Shown: positions 19,468 through 30,254, counted from the stretch's first letter. The stretch is 64,000 bases of DNA from Terriglobia bacterium (GCA_963748015.1 CAVVHE010000008.1:544001-608000), one strand, 5' to 3'. Numbers and translations are program-made. Notes: generated by a model from the letters alone, not told the origin.

Positions 19468-20523
19468 CTAACCCAGCGCCGCGATCAGCCTCTCGGGGTG
19501 CTTCGCGTAGGCCGCGAGCGGCACGGTGCCGTTCGTGAGCGCCGTCAGCGTGTCGGTGAGCAGGCGGTTGACGGGCGTGGAGACGCCGGCGGCCTCGCCG
19601 TGACGCGCGACGGCGCCGTTCAGGTAGCCCACCTCGGATTGCCCCCGGCCGGAGTGGAGGTCGATGTGGAAGGAGGGCATCTTGCCCCCGCGGCCGCTCC
19701 CGACCGCGCGCGAGAGGAACGGGCGAGACAGCGCGAGGGGCAGGCGCGCCGCGAGGGCGAGCAGCCGGACGGGAGCTCCGGGGAGGTTCACGGGGCGGAT
19801 CCCGAGCGCGGCCATCACCCGGAGCGCCTCCCTCAGCTGCTCGACCTCGACGCGGTAAAGGGCCGGATCGGCGAAGATCTCCGCCGGGGTCATGTCGAGG
19901 ATCGCCGAGGTGGCGTTTGCGAGGAGGTTCGTGAGCAGCTTCGACCACTTCATGTCGTCGGCTCGCTCGAAGAGGCGCGCGTTGAGGCCGGCCTCGTTCA
20001 TGGACCGCGCGAGGCGCTCGGACAGCGGGTGTCCCGAGGCCACGCCCGTGCCGCGCAGCTTCTCCACCACGACGTCTCCCGCGGCGCGGCGTCCGACGGC
20101 GGTCGTCACCGTGCCGGCGATCACCCGCCGGCGGCCGAGCGCCTCGGCGAGGACCGCTTCGTTGTCCACGCCGTTCGAGAGACAGAGGACCGGCAGCGCC
20201 GGATCCCGGCCGAGGGAGGTCTCGGTCGCCGAGAGGAGCGACGGAACGTCAAAGGATTTCAGCGCCACGAGCGCGACGTCGAACCTCCCGGCGGCCAGGG
20301 CCTCCTCGGCCGACGCCGCGATGCGGAACGCCGGCCGCGGCACCTCGCGCACTGCTCCGTCCGCCGTCCGGATCCTGATGCCGGCCTTCTCGATCGCCGC
20401 TGCCGGCTCGGCCCGCTCGACGAAGACCGCCCGGTGCCCATGCAGCGCGAGGCTGCCGCCGACGTAGGTCCCGATCGCGCCGGCGCCGAACACGAGCACG
20501 TGAAGGGGATCCGCGACGTCCAT
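19468..20523 (-). CDS. panE: 2-dehydropantoate 2-reductase (ketopantoate reductase family)
   Basis: VFGAGAIG, VALKS, LSNGVD, KWSKLLTN, KMPSFHID and SEVGYLNGAV motifs. Confidence 0.88.
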   Translation of the reverse strand: MDVADPLHVLVFGAGAIGTYVGGSLALHGHRAVFVERAEPAAAIEKAGIRIRTADGAVREVPRPAFRIAASAEEALAAGRFDVALVALKSFDVPSLLSATETSLGRDPALPVLCLSNGVDNEAVLAEALGRRRVIAGTVTTAVGRRAAGDVVVEKLRGTGVASGHPLSERLARSMNEAGLNARLFERADDMKWSKLLTNLLANATSAILDMTPAEIFADPALYRVEVEQLREALRVMAALGIRPVNLPGAPVRLLALAARLPLALSRPFLSRAVGSGRGGKMPSFHIDLHSGRGQSEVGYLNGAVARHGEAAGVSTPVNRLLTDTLTALTNGTVPLAAYAKHPERLIAALG

Positions 20524-20546
20524 GACCGACCTCCCTCGCTCGGGCG

Positions 20547-22705
20547 TCAGCGTTGCGCCGGGGCCGGAGCCGCGACGGGTGGGACCTGCGATCCGTCCTC
20601 CCCAACCGCGCGGAGGAAGAACCCGAAGTCGTCGCCGGCCCTGCACGTCTTCACGACCACGTCGTTCCGTCCCGTGCGCAGTTCCACTCTCGCGCTCTTC
20701 TCCTCGAGGTGCGAGCTCACGCGACGGAGGTCGCCGAGCGCGAGCGGGGGACCGCCGGGCCTCCCGGGAGGCGGGTGGCGGTAGGGGGACGCCTCGAGGA
20801 CCGGCTCGCCGTTGAACCAGACCTTGATCTCGTCGTCGGTGGTCACGGAGAGCGTCGCGGCTCCCGGAGCGCTCGGCGCGAGGGTCGTCTCTGCCACCGC
20901 GCACGCGTCCGCGACGAACGGCGGCACGGCGAGCGAGCGGTCGAGGTTCACGAAGCCGGGCGCGCCGGAAAGCGCGAGTCCCGCGGCGGCCGGGCCCTGC
21001 GGAGCCGGCACGTTCTCCGACGGCGCGGTAGACGCGCCGGGCTCGGGGCCGAGGGGCACGTCGAAGAGCTTCCGCGCCGGGTCCGGATACCAGCCGGTCA
21101 CCTTGAAGCTCCCCAGCAGCGAGCCGTCGTCCTCGAGACGGAACACCGAGGCGGTGCGGTCCTCGTAGGCGAGGTGGAAGCGCGGGTCGCGTCGCGCGAT
21201 CGCGAGGAATCGCCGGTCCTTGGCACTCGCGCACACCCAGCGGCAGCGGAACGTCTCGCGGATGGGAGCGAAGACGTCGTCCACCCTACCCAGCGCGACG
21301 TCGGTCCACAGCCGGTACTTCGCCGCGTCGGTGACCAGCATGAGCGTGGAGTCCCAGCCGACGAGGCATTTGAGCTGCGGGTTGAAGAAGTAGATCTCCG
21401 CGTAGTCGTCCATCCAGAGGTGGAAGATCGTCTCGCCCCCGGGGACGTTTGCGCCCATCCAGGCCGAGGCGCCCTCGAACTGCGCGCTCTCCTCCTGGGC
21501 CGCCTCGCGCCGGTCCGCCTCGAAGTTGAACGCGAGCAGGGCGGCCATCGCGACGGCGCCGAGAACCGCCGCGAGGATCCACCCCCGGCTTCGCGAGGGA
21601 GGCGGCGCCCCCGGCGGCGCCGTCTCGCGGGCGAGCGCGTCCGGGGCCCCTTCCTCGAGGCGCTCGCTCTCGCGAGCGTCGCGAACGGCCACCGCGGCGA
21701 GGAGGATCGTGAAAGGCGCCCACATCTCGACGAACCGCTGGCTCAGCATCGTGAGGGCGAGGAAACCTCCGGACACCACCAGGAGGATCCGGGCGTCGGC
21801 CGAGACGCGCCGCGCGCGCGACAGGACGTAGGCGGCCGCGAGGAGCGCGAGGAAGACCCCCGCGTTGTTGACGAGGAGGTCGGAGGAGGGCAGGGGGCCG
21901 ACCTCGGTGACGGGGCGCAGCTCCGCCCCCCCGCCCACGCCGCCCACAGGACGCGGAAGTTGAGATCCCACCACAAGCGGATGTTGTGGGGGACGAACGG
22001 GCTCGCCAGCAGGCCGGCCGCCGTCCCGCCCAGCGTGAACAGGAACATCCGGAACCGGGACCCGCGCCCGCGCCCCGGAACCGGGTCGCGGTGAAGGTCG
22101 TTGAGAAGGGCCAGGCACGGGAGGAGGTGGAAAGACACGTGGGTGTTCGCGTAGACGGCCGCGAGGGCGAACGCCCACCACCCGCGCCCGAGCAGGACCG
22201 CGCACGTGCCGGCCAGCGCGACGGTCAGCGCGAGCACGAGCGAGCGGGTGAACGTGAGGCGGAAGAGGAAATCGGAGGAGCACGCGACCAGGACCAGCGT
22301 CCAGAGCAGGGGAGCCGGCGCCCGGAGGAGCCTCGCCACGAAGTAGAACGTGGCCATCGCCAGGCAGGCGAAGAAGACCGCTGCGAGCCTTGCCCCCGTC
22401 AGGAGGTCGCCGAACGTGAACGGGATCAGCAGGACGTGGTAGAGGAACTCCTTGTCGGCGAAGTGGTCTCGTAGGAACGTCTCCTGCCAGATCGGGTAGT
22501 GCCGCGAAGGGCCGTGCTCCCTGAGCACCTCGGCGTAACGGATATTGAACCAGCCGTCGCCGCAGTAGATGGGCGGGCCGGCGTACCGGATCGCCGCGAC
22601 GAGCGCGCCCGTGACGAGAACGGCCGCGAGCACGCCGGGAACCCAGGAGCGCACGCGGCTCCGCGCTCGCCCGGGATGCTCTCGATTCGTTTGCAGTGGG
22701 CTCAC
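20547..22705 (-). pseudogene. Polytopic membrane protein (GT-C-like) with a C-terminal PA14-like domain, frameshifted at a G7 run (21926-21932)
   Basis: The N-part (DGWFNIRYA...FADKEFLYHVLLIPF) and the C-part (ELRPVTEVGP...SQRFVEMW...TDDEIKVWFNG) lie in adjacent frames. Adding one G restores a single ORF. Confidence 0.75.
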
Positions 22706-22830
22706 CCCGCCGATCCCGCGAGGTACCGCACCGGCCCGCCTCCCGCTCCGGCGCGCCGGATGCTCGTCCTCGTTCCCAAAGTGAATTCGGATCTTACCCG
22801 GTGCGGGCGGGAGGGAGCAACGGGAGGAAG

Positions 22831-24354
22831 CTACTTCATGACGACCACGCGGTTCTTCCCGGACCGCTTGGCCTCGTAGACCGCGTCGTCGGTGCGCTTG
22901 ATGAACGACTCCGGATCCTCGCCCTTCCGGAACGCGGTCACGCCGATGCTCCCCGTGATCTTGCGCGTCTCGCCGCCGCCGAGGGAGAGGACGAGCCTCT
23001 CCGAGGCCTGGGTCGCCAGCGCGCTCCGGAGCCGCTCGGCCGCGATCGCGGCGCCGTCGGGCCCGGTCTCGGGCATGATGACGACGAACTCCTCCCCGCC
23101 GTAGCGCGACGCGACGTCGATCTCCGTCTCCTTCATGATCACGGTCTCGTCGTAGCGGCGGATGTTCCTACGGATCGTCCGCGCGACCTCCCTGAGCGCC
23201 TCGTCCCCCTTCAGGTGGCCGAAGGTGTCGTTGATCCCCTTGAAGTCGTCGAGGTCGATCATGATGAGCGACAGCGGGCGCGCGTAGCGCGAGGCGCGGG
23301 ACATCTCGATCGTCAGCCTCTCGTAGAAGTAGCGGTAGTTGTGGAGGCCGGTCAGGGCGTCGGTGACCGCCATCTCCTCGACGGCCGCGTACATCCGCGC
23401 GTTGTGGATCCCCACCGCGACCTGGGCGCTCACGATCGAGAGGAGACGCTCGTCGTCGTGGTCGAAGGCGTTCTCCGTGCGGCTCTCGACGGTCAAGACC
23501 CCGAGGAGCACGCCCTCGAAGAGGATGGGAGCGGCGATCTCGGAGCGGACGTCCTCGATCCCCGACGCGATGTACCCCGGGTGGCGGCGCACGTCCCCGA
23601 CGTTGACGCACCGCTTCTCCCGCGCGCACTCGCCCGTGATCCCTTCGCCGATCGGGATCTCGAGGCCCGGGAGGTCGGCGGGGAACTCGCCGGTCGCCGC
23701 CTTGAGCCGGAGATGGCCCTCCTCCACCTCGAGGAGCGCGCAGGAGTCGTAGTGGAGGCGCTCGCGAACCTGGCCGACGATCGTGGCGAAGAGCTCTTCG
23801 GTGCTCCGGATGGTGAGCAGCTGGATCCCGATCTCCTGGACCAGCTCGAGCTGGGTGCGCACCTGGGCGTTGTGGAGGGCCACGCCGAGCTGGTTCGCGA
23901 GGATCTTGAGGACGTGGACGTCGCGATCGCCGAAGGCGTTCTCGCGCGTGCTCTGCGTGTTGAGCACGCCGAGGACCTTCTCGCGGAAGATGATCGGTAT
24001 GTCCAGCTCGGAGCGGAAGATCCCGTCGCCGAGGTGGATGTAGTGCTCGCAGCGCGCGAGGTCGGGAACGATCGTCTCTTTCTTGCCGAGCGCGCAGCGG
24101 CCGGTGAGCCCCTGGCCGAGTGGAATCCGCTTGCCGATGATCGCCTCCGGGTACTCGGTGACCGCCCGGATGACGAGGTCGTTCCCTTCCTTGAGAAGCA
24201 GGCTGCAGTAGGAGTAGCCCAGCGACCGCTTGATGCTCTCGGCGGTCAGCAGGAGGAGCCGCTGCAGGTCGAGCTCGGCGCTGATGTCGAGTCCGATCCG
24301 GAGGATCAGCTCCATCTCTTCGGACGATGCGTGGGCCGCTTTCGTCACGTCCAT
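22831..24354 (-). CDS. GAF-GAF-GGDEF diguanylate cyclase
   Basis: Two GAF domains (GxGLTG/GEGITG...SE..PI), TDALTGLHN, DLDDFKGINDTFGHLKGD and RYGGEEF. Confidence 0.95.
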   Translation of the reverse strand: MDVTKAAHASSEEMELILRIGLDISAELDLQRLLLLTAESIKRSLGYSYCSLLLKEGNDLVIRAVTEYPEAIIGKRIPLGQGLTGRCALGKKETIVPDLARCEHYIHLGDGIFRSELDIPIIFREKVLGVLNTQSTRENAFGDRDVHVLKILANQLGVALHNAQVRTQLELVQEIGIQLLTIRSTEELFATIVGQVRERLHYDSCALLEVEEGHLRLKAATGEFPADLPGLEIPIGEGITGECAREKRCVNVGDVRRHPGYIASGIEDVRSEIAAPILFEGVLLGVLTVESRTENAFDHDDERLLSIVSAQVAVGIHNARMYAAVEEMAVTDALTGLHNYRYFYERLTIEMSRASRYARPLSLIMIDLDDFKGINDTFGHLKGDEALREVARTIRRNIRRYDETVIMKETEIDVASRYGGEEFVVIMPETGPDGAAIAAERLRSALATQASERLVLSLGGGETRKITGSIGVTAFRKGEDPESFIKRTDDAVYEAKRSGKNRVVVMK

Positions 24355-24465
24355 GCTCTCGCCACACGGCACCAAGGTGCACCGGGAAAACCCCGGCTGT
24401 CGCCCCGAATATAGTTACCGCCCAGGGGAAAGACAAACCTCGGGAACGGCGGCAGGCGGGTCCCT

Positions 24466-25329
24466 CTACCGCTTCACGAACGTTCCCTCGGCGAGGTCGC
24501 GGAGCGCCTGCTGGATCTCCTCCCGCGTGTTCATGACGAACGGTCCGTGGCGGGTAACCGGCTCGCCGAGCGGCCGGCCGGAGAGCAGAAGGAGCCGGGC
24601 CGGAGCGCCCGCGGTCTCGACGCGCACCCCGTCTCCGTCTCCGAGGACCGCGAGCCGCGTCGCGGCGACCATCGTCCCGCCGGCGCCGCCGGCCGCGGCC
24701 CCGAGCACCGCCGCTCCCTCGAAGACGTACGCGATCGCGGAGTGGCCTCGCGGAACCGGCTGCTCGAACGAGCGGCCCGCGGGTAGGGAGACGTCGAGGT
24801 AGGTGGGCTCGGCGAAGATCTCCGTCACGGCCCCGCGCACGCCCTCCGCCTCCCCCGCGATGACGCGGATCCGGACGCCGTCCCCGCGCGAGACCACCGG
24901 GATGCTCGCCGACGGCACGTCCTGGTACCTCGGCCGGGTCATCTTGAGCTTGGCCGGCAGGTTCACCCAGACCTGGAAGCCGTCGAGCCGCTCCCCGCCG
25001 GCCTGCGGCATCTCCTCGTGCATGATCCCGCTCCCCGCGGTCATCCACTGGACGTCCCCCGGCCCGATCGTCCCCGCGTTGCCGAGGCTGTCCTTGTGGG
25101 CGACCCTCCCGCCGAGCATGTAGGTCACGGTCTCTATGCCGCGATGCGGGTGCATGGGGAAGCCGGCCAGGTAGTCCTTCGGGTCGTCCGAGCCGAAGTG
25201 GTCGAAGAGCAGGAAGGGGTCCACGAGGTCGAGGCGGCGCGTCGCGATGCTGCGCCTCAACCGGACCCCGGCGCCCTCGATCACGGGCATCGGGTCGATC
25301 ACGTCCACGACTTTTCTCGGTGCGTCCAT
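24466..25329 (-). CDS. Pirin family protein
   Basis: DPFLLFDHF, GFPMHPHRGIETVTY, QWMTAGSGIMHEEMP and HGPFVMNT motifs. Confidence 0.97.
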   Translation of the reverse strand: MDAPRKVVDVIDPMPVIEGAGVRLRRSIATRRLDLVDPFLLFDHFGSDDPKDYLAGFPMHPHRGIETVTYMLGGRVAHKDSLGNAGTIGPGDVQWMTAGSGIMHEEMPQAGGERLDGFQVWVNLPAKLKMTRPRYQDVPSASIPVVSRGDGVRIRVIAGEAEGVRGAVTEIFAEPTYLDVSLPAGRSFEQPVPRGHSAIAYVFEGAAVLGAAAGGAGGTMVAATRLAVLGDGDGVRVETAGAPARLLLLSGRPLGEPVTRHGPFVMNTREEIQQALRDLAEGTFVKR

Positions 25330-25397
25330 TCGGTCCTCCCGGGTTCTTGCCGCCGCGCGTCGCGGAGATCATACTTCCGGCTTCCCGGAGGCCCACC

Positions 25398-27542
25398 ACG
25401 AAAACCACCGAGACGTCCCGGTTCTTCGCCACCGCGTCCCGCGGAACGGAGGAGGTCCTCGCGGGGGAGCTGCGGGAGCTCGGGATCCCGGCCGTCGAGG
25501 AGCGGCGGGGTGGCGTCGCCTTCGGCGAGAGCCTCGAGGACGCCTACCGCGCCTGCCTCTGGTCGCGCGTGGCGAGCCGGGTCCTGCTTCCGCTCGCGCG
25601 CTTCGAGGCCGACTCCGCCGCCGCGCTCTACGAGGCGGTCCACGCCATCGAGTGGACGGCCCACGCCGGACCCGACAAGACGATCGCCGTGGACGTCGCG
25701 GGGGGCGACTCGCCCGCGGGACCGCCGCACTACATCGCGCTCAAGACGAAGGACGCCGTCGTGGACCGCGTCCGGGAAGCGGAAGGCGCGCGCCCCGACG
25801 TCGACACCGCGAATCCCGATCTCCGCATCAACGTCCACCTCGCCGGCCGGTCGGTCACCGTGAGCGTCGACCTCGCGGGGCAGAGCCTCCACCACCGCGG
25901 GATCGACCGGGAGGGAGCGGCGGCCCCGCTCAAGGAGAACCTCGCCGGAGCGCTTCTCCGGATCGCGGGGTGGCACGCGCGGTGCGCCGCGGAGCCGCTC
26001 TTCGATCCTCTCTGCGGCTCGGGGACGATCCTGGTCGAGGCGGTGTGGATGGCGCTCGACCGGGCGCCAGGCCTCGAGCGGGGCAGGATCGGGGCGGAAG
26101 GCTGGAGGGGGCACGACCGCTCGCTCTGGGAGCGTCTCCGCGCCGAGGCCCGCGAGAGGCGCGACGCGGCGCGGGATCGTCCCGTGAGGATCGCCGGCTC
26201 CGACGCGTCGCGCACCGCGGTCAAGACGGCGCGCGACAACCTGAAGCGCGCCGGCGCGGGATCGCGCGTCCGGGTGGAGCTGCGCGAGCTCCGTGACGTC
26301 GAGGCGCCGTGGCCGGGCGCCGGGCTCGTCGTCACGAACCCCCCGTACGGCGCCCGCCTCGGCGAAGCGGGGGAGCTGGGACCGCTCTACGAGCTGCTCG
26401 GCGACGTGCTCAAGCGGCGGCTCCCGGGATGGACCGCCTGGATCCTCTCGGGGAATCCCGCGCTGACCAAGCGGATCGGCCTCAAGCCCGCGTCGAGGCG
26501 CATCCTGCACAACGGGCCGATCGAGTGCCGCTTCCTCGAGATCCCGATCGCCGAAGCCCCCGTGACCGGGGCGCAGGGACCGGGGTGGCGGCGTCCGACC
26601 GACGAGGCGCTCGCGTTCGCGAGGCGGCTCGCGAAGAACCGGCGCCTGCTCGAGCCGTGGGCGAAGGAGCTCGGCCTGACGTGCTACCGCCTCTACGACA
26701 CCGACATGCCGGAATTCAATCTGTCGGTGGACTGGTACGACGGCGCGGTCCGCGTCGAGGAGTACTCGGCGCCGCGGAAAGTGCCGGCGGAGACGGCCGA
26801 GCGGCGGCTTCGCGACGCGATGCTCGTCGTGCCGGAAGCGCTCGGCGTCGCTCTCGCCGACGTCGTGCTCCGCGTGCGGAGCCGCCGGGCGGCGGGGGAG
26901 CAGCACGAGAAACGCGACGACCGGCGAAATTTCCGCGAGGTGCGCGAGGGCGGCCTCCGCTTCCTGGTCAACCTCACGGACTACCTCGACACGGGCCTGT
27001 TCCTGGACGACCGCCTCCTGCGGGAGCGGATCCGGGCCCGTGCCCGCGGTCGCGACGTCCTGAACCTGTTCGCCTACACGTGCGCCGCGTCGGTCGCCGC
27101 CGCTGCGGGGGAGGCGCGGTCCACGACGAGCGTCGACCTCTCGAACGCCTACCTCGCCTGGGGGCGCCGCAACTTCGCCTTGAACGGTTTCGACGCGCCC
27201 CGCCACCGGTTCCTCCGGGAGGACGCCGTTCGATGGCTCGAGCGGGGCGGCGACGGACGGCGCTACGGGCTGATCTTCGCCGCGCCGCCCACCTACTCGA
27301 CGTCGAAGGGGATGGACGGGGACTTCGACGTCCAGCGGGACCACGTGGACCTTCTCTTCCGCTGCGCGGGCCTGCTCGCTCCCGACGGAGAGCTCCTGTT
27401 CGCGACGAACTCGAAGGACTTCGCTCTCGACGAGGAGCGGCTGCGCGACCTCGAGGCGCGGGAGCTCACGGGCGAGATCACGCCCCGCGACTTCGAGCGC
27501 CGCCCCCGGATCCGCGCCTGGACCCTTCGCCTGCGCGGTTGA
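25398..27542 (+). CDS. rlmL: Bifunctional 23S rRNA (G2445-N2/G2069-N7) methyltransferase RlmKL
   Basis: YRACLWSRVASR, THUMP region, APLKENLA, DPLCGSGT, NPPYG; second half YRLYD, DYLDTGLFLD, LNLFAYT, DFDVQRDH. Start uncertain: ACG at 25398 after GGAGG, or GTG at 25320. Confidence 0.93.
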   Translation, partial: TKTTETSRFFATASRGTEEVLAGELRELGIPAVEERRGGVAFGESLEDAYRACLWSRVASRVLLPLARFEADSAAALYEAVHAIEWTAHAGPDKTIAVDVAGGDSPAGPPHYIALKTKDAVVDRVREAEGARPDVDTANPDLRINVHLAGRSVTVSVDLAGQSLHHRGIDREGAAAPLKENLAGALLRIAGWHARCAAEPLFDPLCGSGTILVEAVWMALDRAPGLERGRIGAEGWRGHDRSLWERLRAEARERRDAARDRPVRIAGSDASRTAVKTARDNLKRAGAGSRVRVELRELRDVEAPWPGAGLVVTNPPYGARLGEAGELGPLYELLGDVLKRRLPGWTAWILSGNPALTKRIGLKPASRRILHNGPIECRFLEIPIAEAPVTGAQGPGWRRPTDEALAFARRLAKNRRLLEPWAKELGLTCYRLYDTDMPEFNLSVDWYDGAVRVEEYSAPRKVPAETAERRLRDAMLVVPEALGVALADVVLRVRSRRAAGEQHEKRDDRRNFREVREGGLRFLVNLTDYLDTGLFLDDRLLRERIRARARGRDVLNLFAYTCAASVAAAAGEARSTTSVDLSNAYLAWGRRNFALNGFDAPRHRFLREDAVRWLERGGDGRRYGLIFAAPPTYSTSKGMDGDFDVQRDHVDLLFRCAGLLAPDGELLFATNSKDFALDEERLRDLEARELTGEITPRDFERRPRIRAWTLRLRG

Positions 27543-27543
27543 G

Positions 27544-29364
27544 CTAACCCTGGTCTTCGCGCATGCGTTCGAACATCGAGAAGGTCACGGGCTTGGCCGG
27601 GATCTCCATGCGGCGGAATTGCCGCTCGGCCAGCCGGTATGCGGCGAGCACGAGCAGCACGCCGGCGGCCCACGCCGCGGCGGTCCAGGCCGCGCTTCCG
27701 GCGAGCTTTCCGAGCGGTATCTCGAAGAAGGCGCGCAGCAGCCAGGGACGCGAGAAGCCGGCGACCAGCGCGATCACCTGGAGGAGCATCGGGGAGATCA
27801 GGAGGGCCAGGCTGCTCCAGTAGATGGCTTTCCGGGCCCCGTCCGGAATCGTGGCGCGGTAGCCGCGGAACAGCGCGGCGACGAGGAGCAGCCACGGCAC
27901 GATGGCGAGGGCCATCAGGACCGGGACGACCGGCCCGGTTCGCGGGAAGAGGCCCGGGTGCTCCGCGCGGATGGGGAGACTCTTGTAACGCCCCGCGACG
28001 GTGCCGTCGGGACGCGCCTCGAGCCAGCGCCGCTCGATCTCGCCGGGAGGGAGCGACAGCCCGTACGCGGCCTCGGCGGCGCGGCTGAGCTGGAGCGCCA
28101 CGAAGCCGGCGGAGCTTCCGGCCGGCGCGTCGTAGGGCGACCCGATCGCGGCGCGGCTGCCGCGGAAGAGCGGCGTGCGCTCCGCCGGATGCGACTCGCC
28201 CCAGGGCGAGGTGACGTCGGGAACCCGGCCGTCCCAGGCGAACTCGTGGAGGCCGAGGGGCACGCGGACCGACCAGCTGCCCTTCTTCTCGTCCTGCACG
28301 AAGTCCACCAGCTCCGTTCGAACGCCGTAGCGCGCCTCCACGAGGGCCCCGAAGCTCCAAGCGGTCAAGAAGACGAGCGCGCCCGGCAGCACCAGGCCGG
28401 CGAACAGGCGTCGTCTCGAGAGCGGCAGGGGATCGAGACCCTGCAGCCGGGCGAGCCTCGGCAGGACGAAGCTGAAGAGCATGTAGGTCGCGAGCGGGAT
28501 GTAGACGTAGCGAAGGTCCCTGAGGTCCGCCTCGTCCTTCCAGATCGAGAGAGCGCCCCCGAGGAACAGCCCGAACCCGACGATGAAGGGATAGGCGGCC
28601 AGCTCCTTCGCCCCGCAGCTCAGGCAGCGGAGGATCGCGAGCCAATCGCGCCAATCCAGCCGGCCTGGCGCGCTACCGGCCTTTTCCGGGTAATGGACCC
28701 CGGCAACGGCCCGCGCCGCACTCCCGCCGTTCCGCGGCACGATCACGAACGCCCGCGGCACGGACCGGTACCCCCAAGCGAGCGCGGCGCCTGCGAGGAG
28801 CAGCAGCAGGAGCGCCACGGCGGGCCCCGAGCTCCCGAGCGCGATCATCAGGCCGAGAACGCCGAACAGTACGGCGGCGTCCCACGCGACGTTGCCGGGG
28901 GTCACCGGGATGCGGGCGAGCGATGGCGCGGGCCGCTGCAGCAACACCGCGGCGAGGAGCATTCCGCTCTCGAGGAGGAGTGCGAGGCCGCCGAGCCCGG
29001 GGGCTCGCGGGTCGGGTCCGCCTCCCAGTGACGACGGGAGGGCGGCCATCGCGACGCACGACGCCACGAGGATCGTGCCCGCGAGGGCGATCGCGGCGAG
29101 ATGCGCGAGCCAGATCCGGCGGGCCGAGATCGGGAGCGCCAGGTCGAACGCGCGGCAGCGCGATCTTCCGGCGCCCACCCCGAGGTACAGCGCGAACGTG
29201 AACCAGCCGAGAAGCACCATCGCGATCGGGGATACGCTCTCGCGGCGCCCGAGCGCGATCGTCGTCAGGAGTCCCGTGAAGACGCCGGCGTTGAGAATCA
29301 GGACGACCCCCCAAGCGGGGAACCTCCGCCACGCGTCGTCGTATCGGATGCCGGCGGGGATCAT
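27544..29364 (-). CDS. Hypothetical polytopic membrane protein (ABC permease partner)
   Basis: ATGA overlap with the ATPase; many TM segments; LPISARRIW and LPLSRRRLF permease-like motifs. Confidence 0.75.
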   Translation of the reverse strand: MIPAGIRYDDAWRRFPAWGVVLILNAGVFTGLLTTIALGRRESVSPIAMVLLGWFTFALYLGVGAGRSRCRAFDLALPISARRIWLAHLAAIALAGTILVASCVAMAALPSSLGGGPDPRAPGLGGLALLLESGMLLAAVLLQRPAPSLARIPVTPGNVAWDAAVLFGVLGLMIALGSSGPAVALLLLLLAGAALAWGYRSVPRAFVIVPRNGGSAARAVAGVHYPEKAGSAPGRLDWRDWLAILRCLSCGAKELAAYPFIVGFGLFLGGALSIWKDEADLRDLRYVYIPLATYMLFSFVLPRLARLQGLDPLPLSRRRLFAGLVLPGALVFLTAWSFGALVEARYGVRTELVDFVQDEKKGSWSVRVPLGLHEFAWDGRVPDVTSPWGESHPAERTPLFRGSRAAIGSPYDAPAGSSAGFVALQLSRAAEAAYGLSLPPGEIERRWLEARPDGTVAGRYKSLPIRAEHPGLFPRTGPVVPVLMALAIVPWLLLVAALFRGYRATIPDGARKAIYWSSLALLISPMLLQVIALVAGFSRPWLLRAFFEIPLGKLAGSAAWTAAAWAAGVLLVLAAYRLAERQFRRMEIPAKPVTFSMFERMREDQG

Positions 29365-30254
29365 GACCGGCCTCCCGCCAGCTCGACGAACATGTCCTCG
29401 AGCGGGATCGCGCGGCAGGGCACGTCCTCGAGCCCCAGCTTCTCCCGCAGCACGGCGCGAGCCTCGGCGGGGGACAGCCGGAGGATGGCGTGCCACCCGT
29501 CTAGCCTGTCGCGCACTCCCAGGCAGCCGTCGAGCGCGAGAAGGCGCTCGCGGCCCGCGACGGCGTCCTTCGGCACCATCACGAGGGCGAATCCCTCGCG
29601 CAGCTCGTCGAGCCCGTTGTCGACGAGGACCTTGCCTCCGTGGATCATGACGATCCGGTCGGCCATGCGCTCGACGTCGGTCATGTAGTGCGAGGAGAAC
29701 AGGATCGAGGTTCCCGACTCGTTCAGCAGCCGGATCGACGTCTCGAGGAACTCCCGCCGCGCGGCGGGATCGAGGCCGCTCGCGGGCTCGTCGAGGAGGA
29801 GCAGCTCGGGGCGGTGCGCGACGGCGCACAGCAGCGCGGTCCGCCGCGCCTGTCCCTTGCTGAGCGTCCGGATCTTCGCCCCGAGAGGCAGCTCGAAGCG
29901 GTCCAGGAGATCGCGCGCCATCGCGTCGTCCCAGGAGGGATACAGCCCGCGGTGGAGGGCGACGACCTGCTTCACGGTGAGGAAGGGCGGGAGGATCTGG
30001 TCCTCGGCGACGTACCCCACGCGCCGTTTCAGCTCGACCGGCGACTCGCGCGGGTCGAGCCCGAGCACGCGGACCTTTCCGCCGCGCGGCTCCATCATCC
30101 CCATCGCGACGCGAATCAGGGTGGTCTTCCCGGCCCCGTTCTTCCCGAGGAGGCCGACCACCTCGCCCGGCTCCATCGAGAAGCCGATCCCGGCGAGGAC
30201 CTCCTTGTCCCCGGCGTACGCGCAGCGGATTCCGTCGAACTCGAGCGCCTTCAT
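29361..30254 (-). CDS. ABC transporter ATP-binding protein (YtrB-like)
   Basis: GKNGAGKT, LSKGQ and LLLLDEP motifs. Confidence 0.95.
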   Translation of the reverse strand: MKALEFDGIRCAYAGDKEVLAGIGFSMEPGEVVGLLGKNGAGKTTLIRVAMGMMEPRGGKVRVLGLDPRESPVELKRRVGYVAEDQILPPFLTVKQVVALHRGLYPSWDDAMARDLLDRFELPLGAKIRTLSKGQARRTALLCAVAHRPELLLLDEPASGLDPAARREFLETSIRLLNESGTSILFSSHYMTDVERMADRIVMIHGGKVLVDNGLDELREGFALVMVPKDAVAGRERLLALDGCLGVRDRLDGWHAILRLSPAEARAVLREKLGLEDVPCRAIPLEDMFVELAGGRS

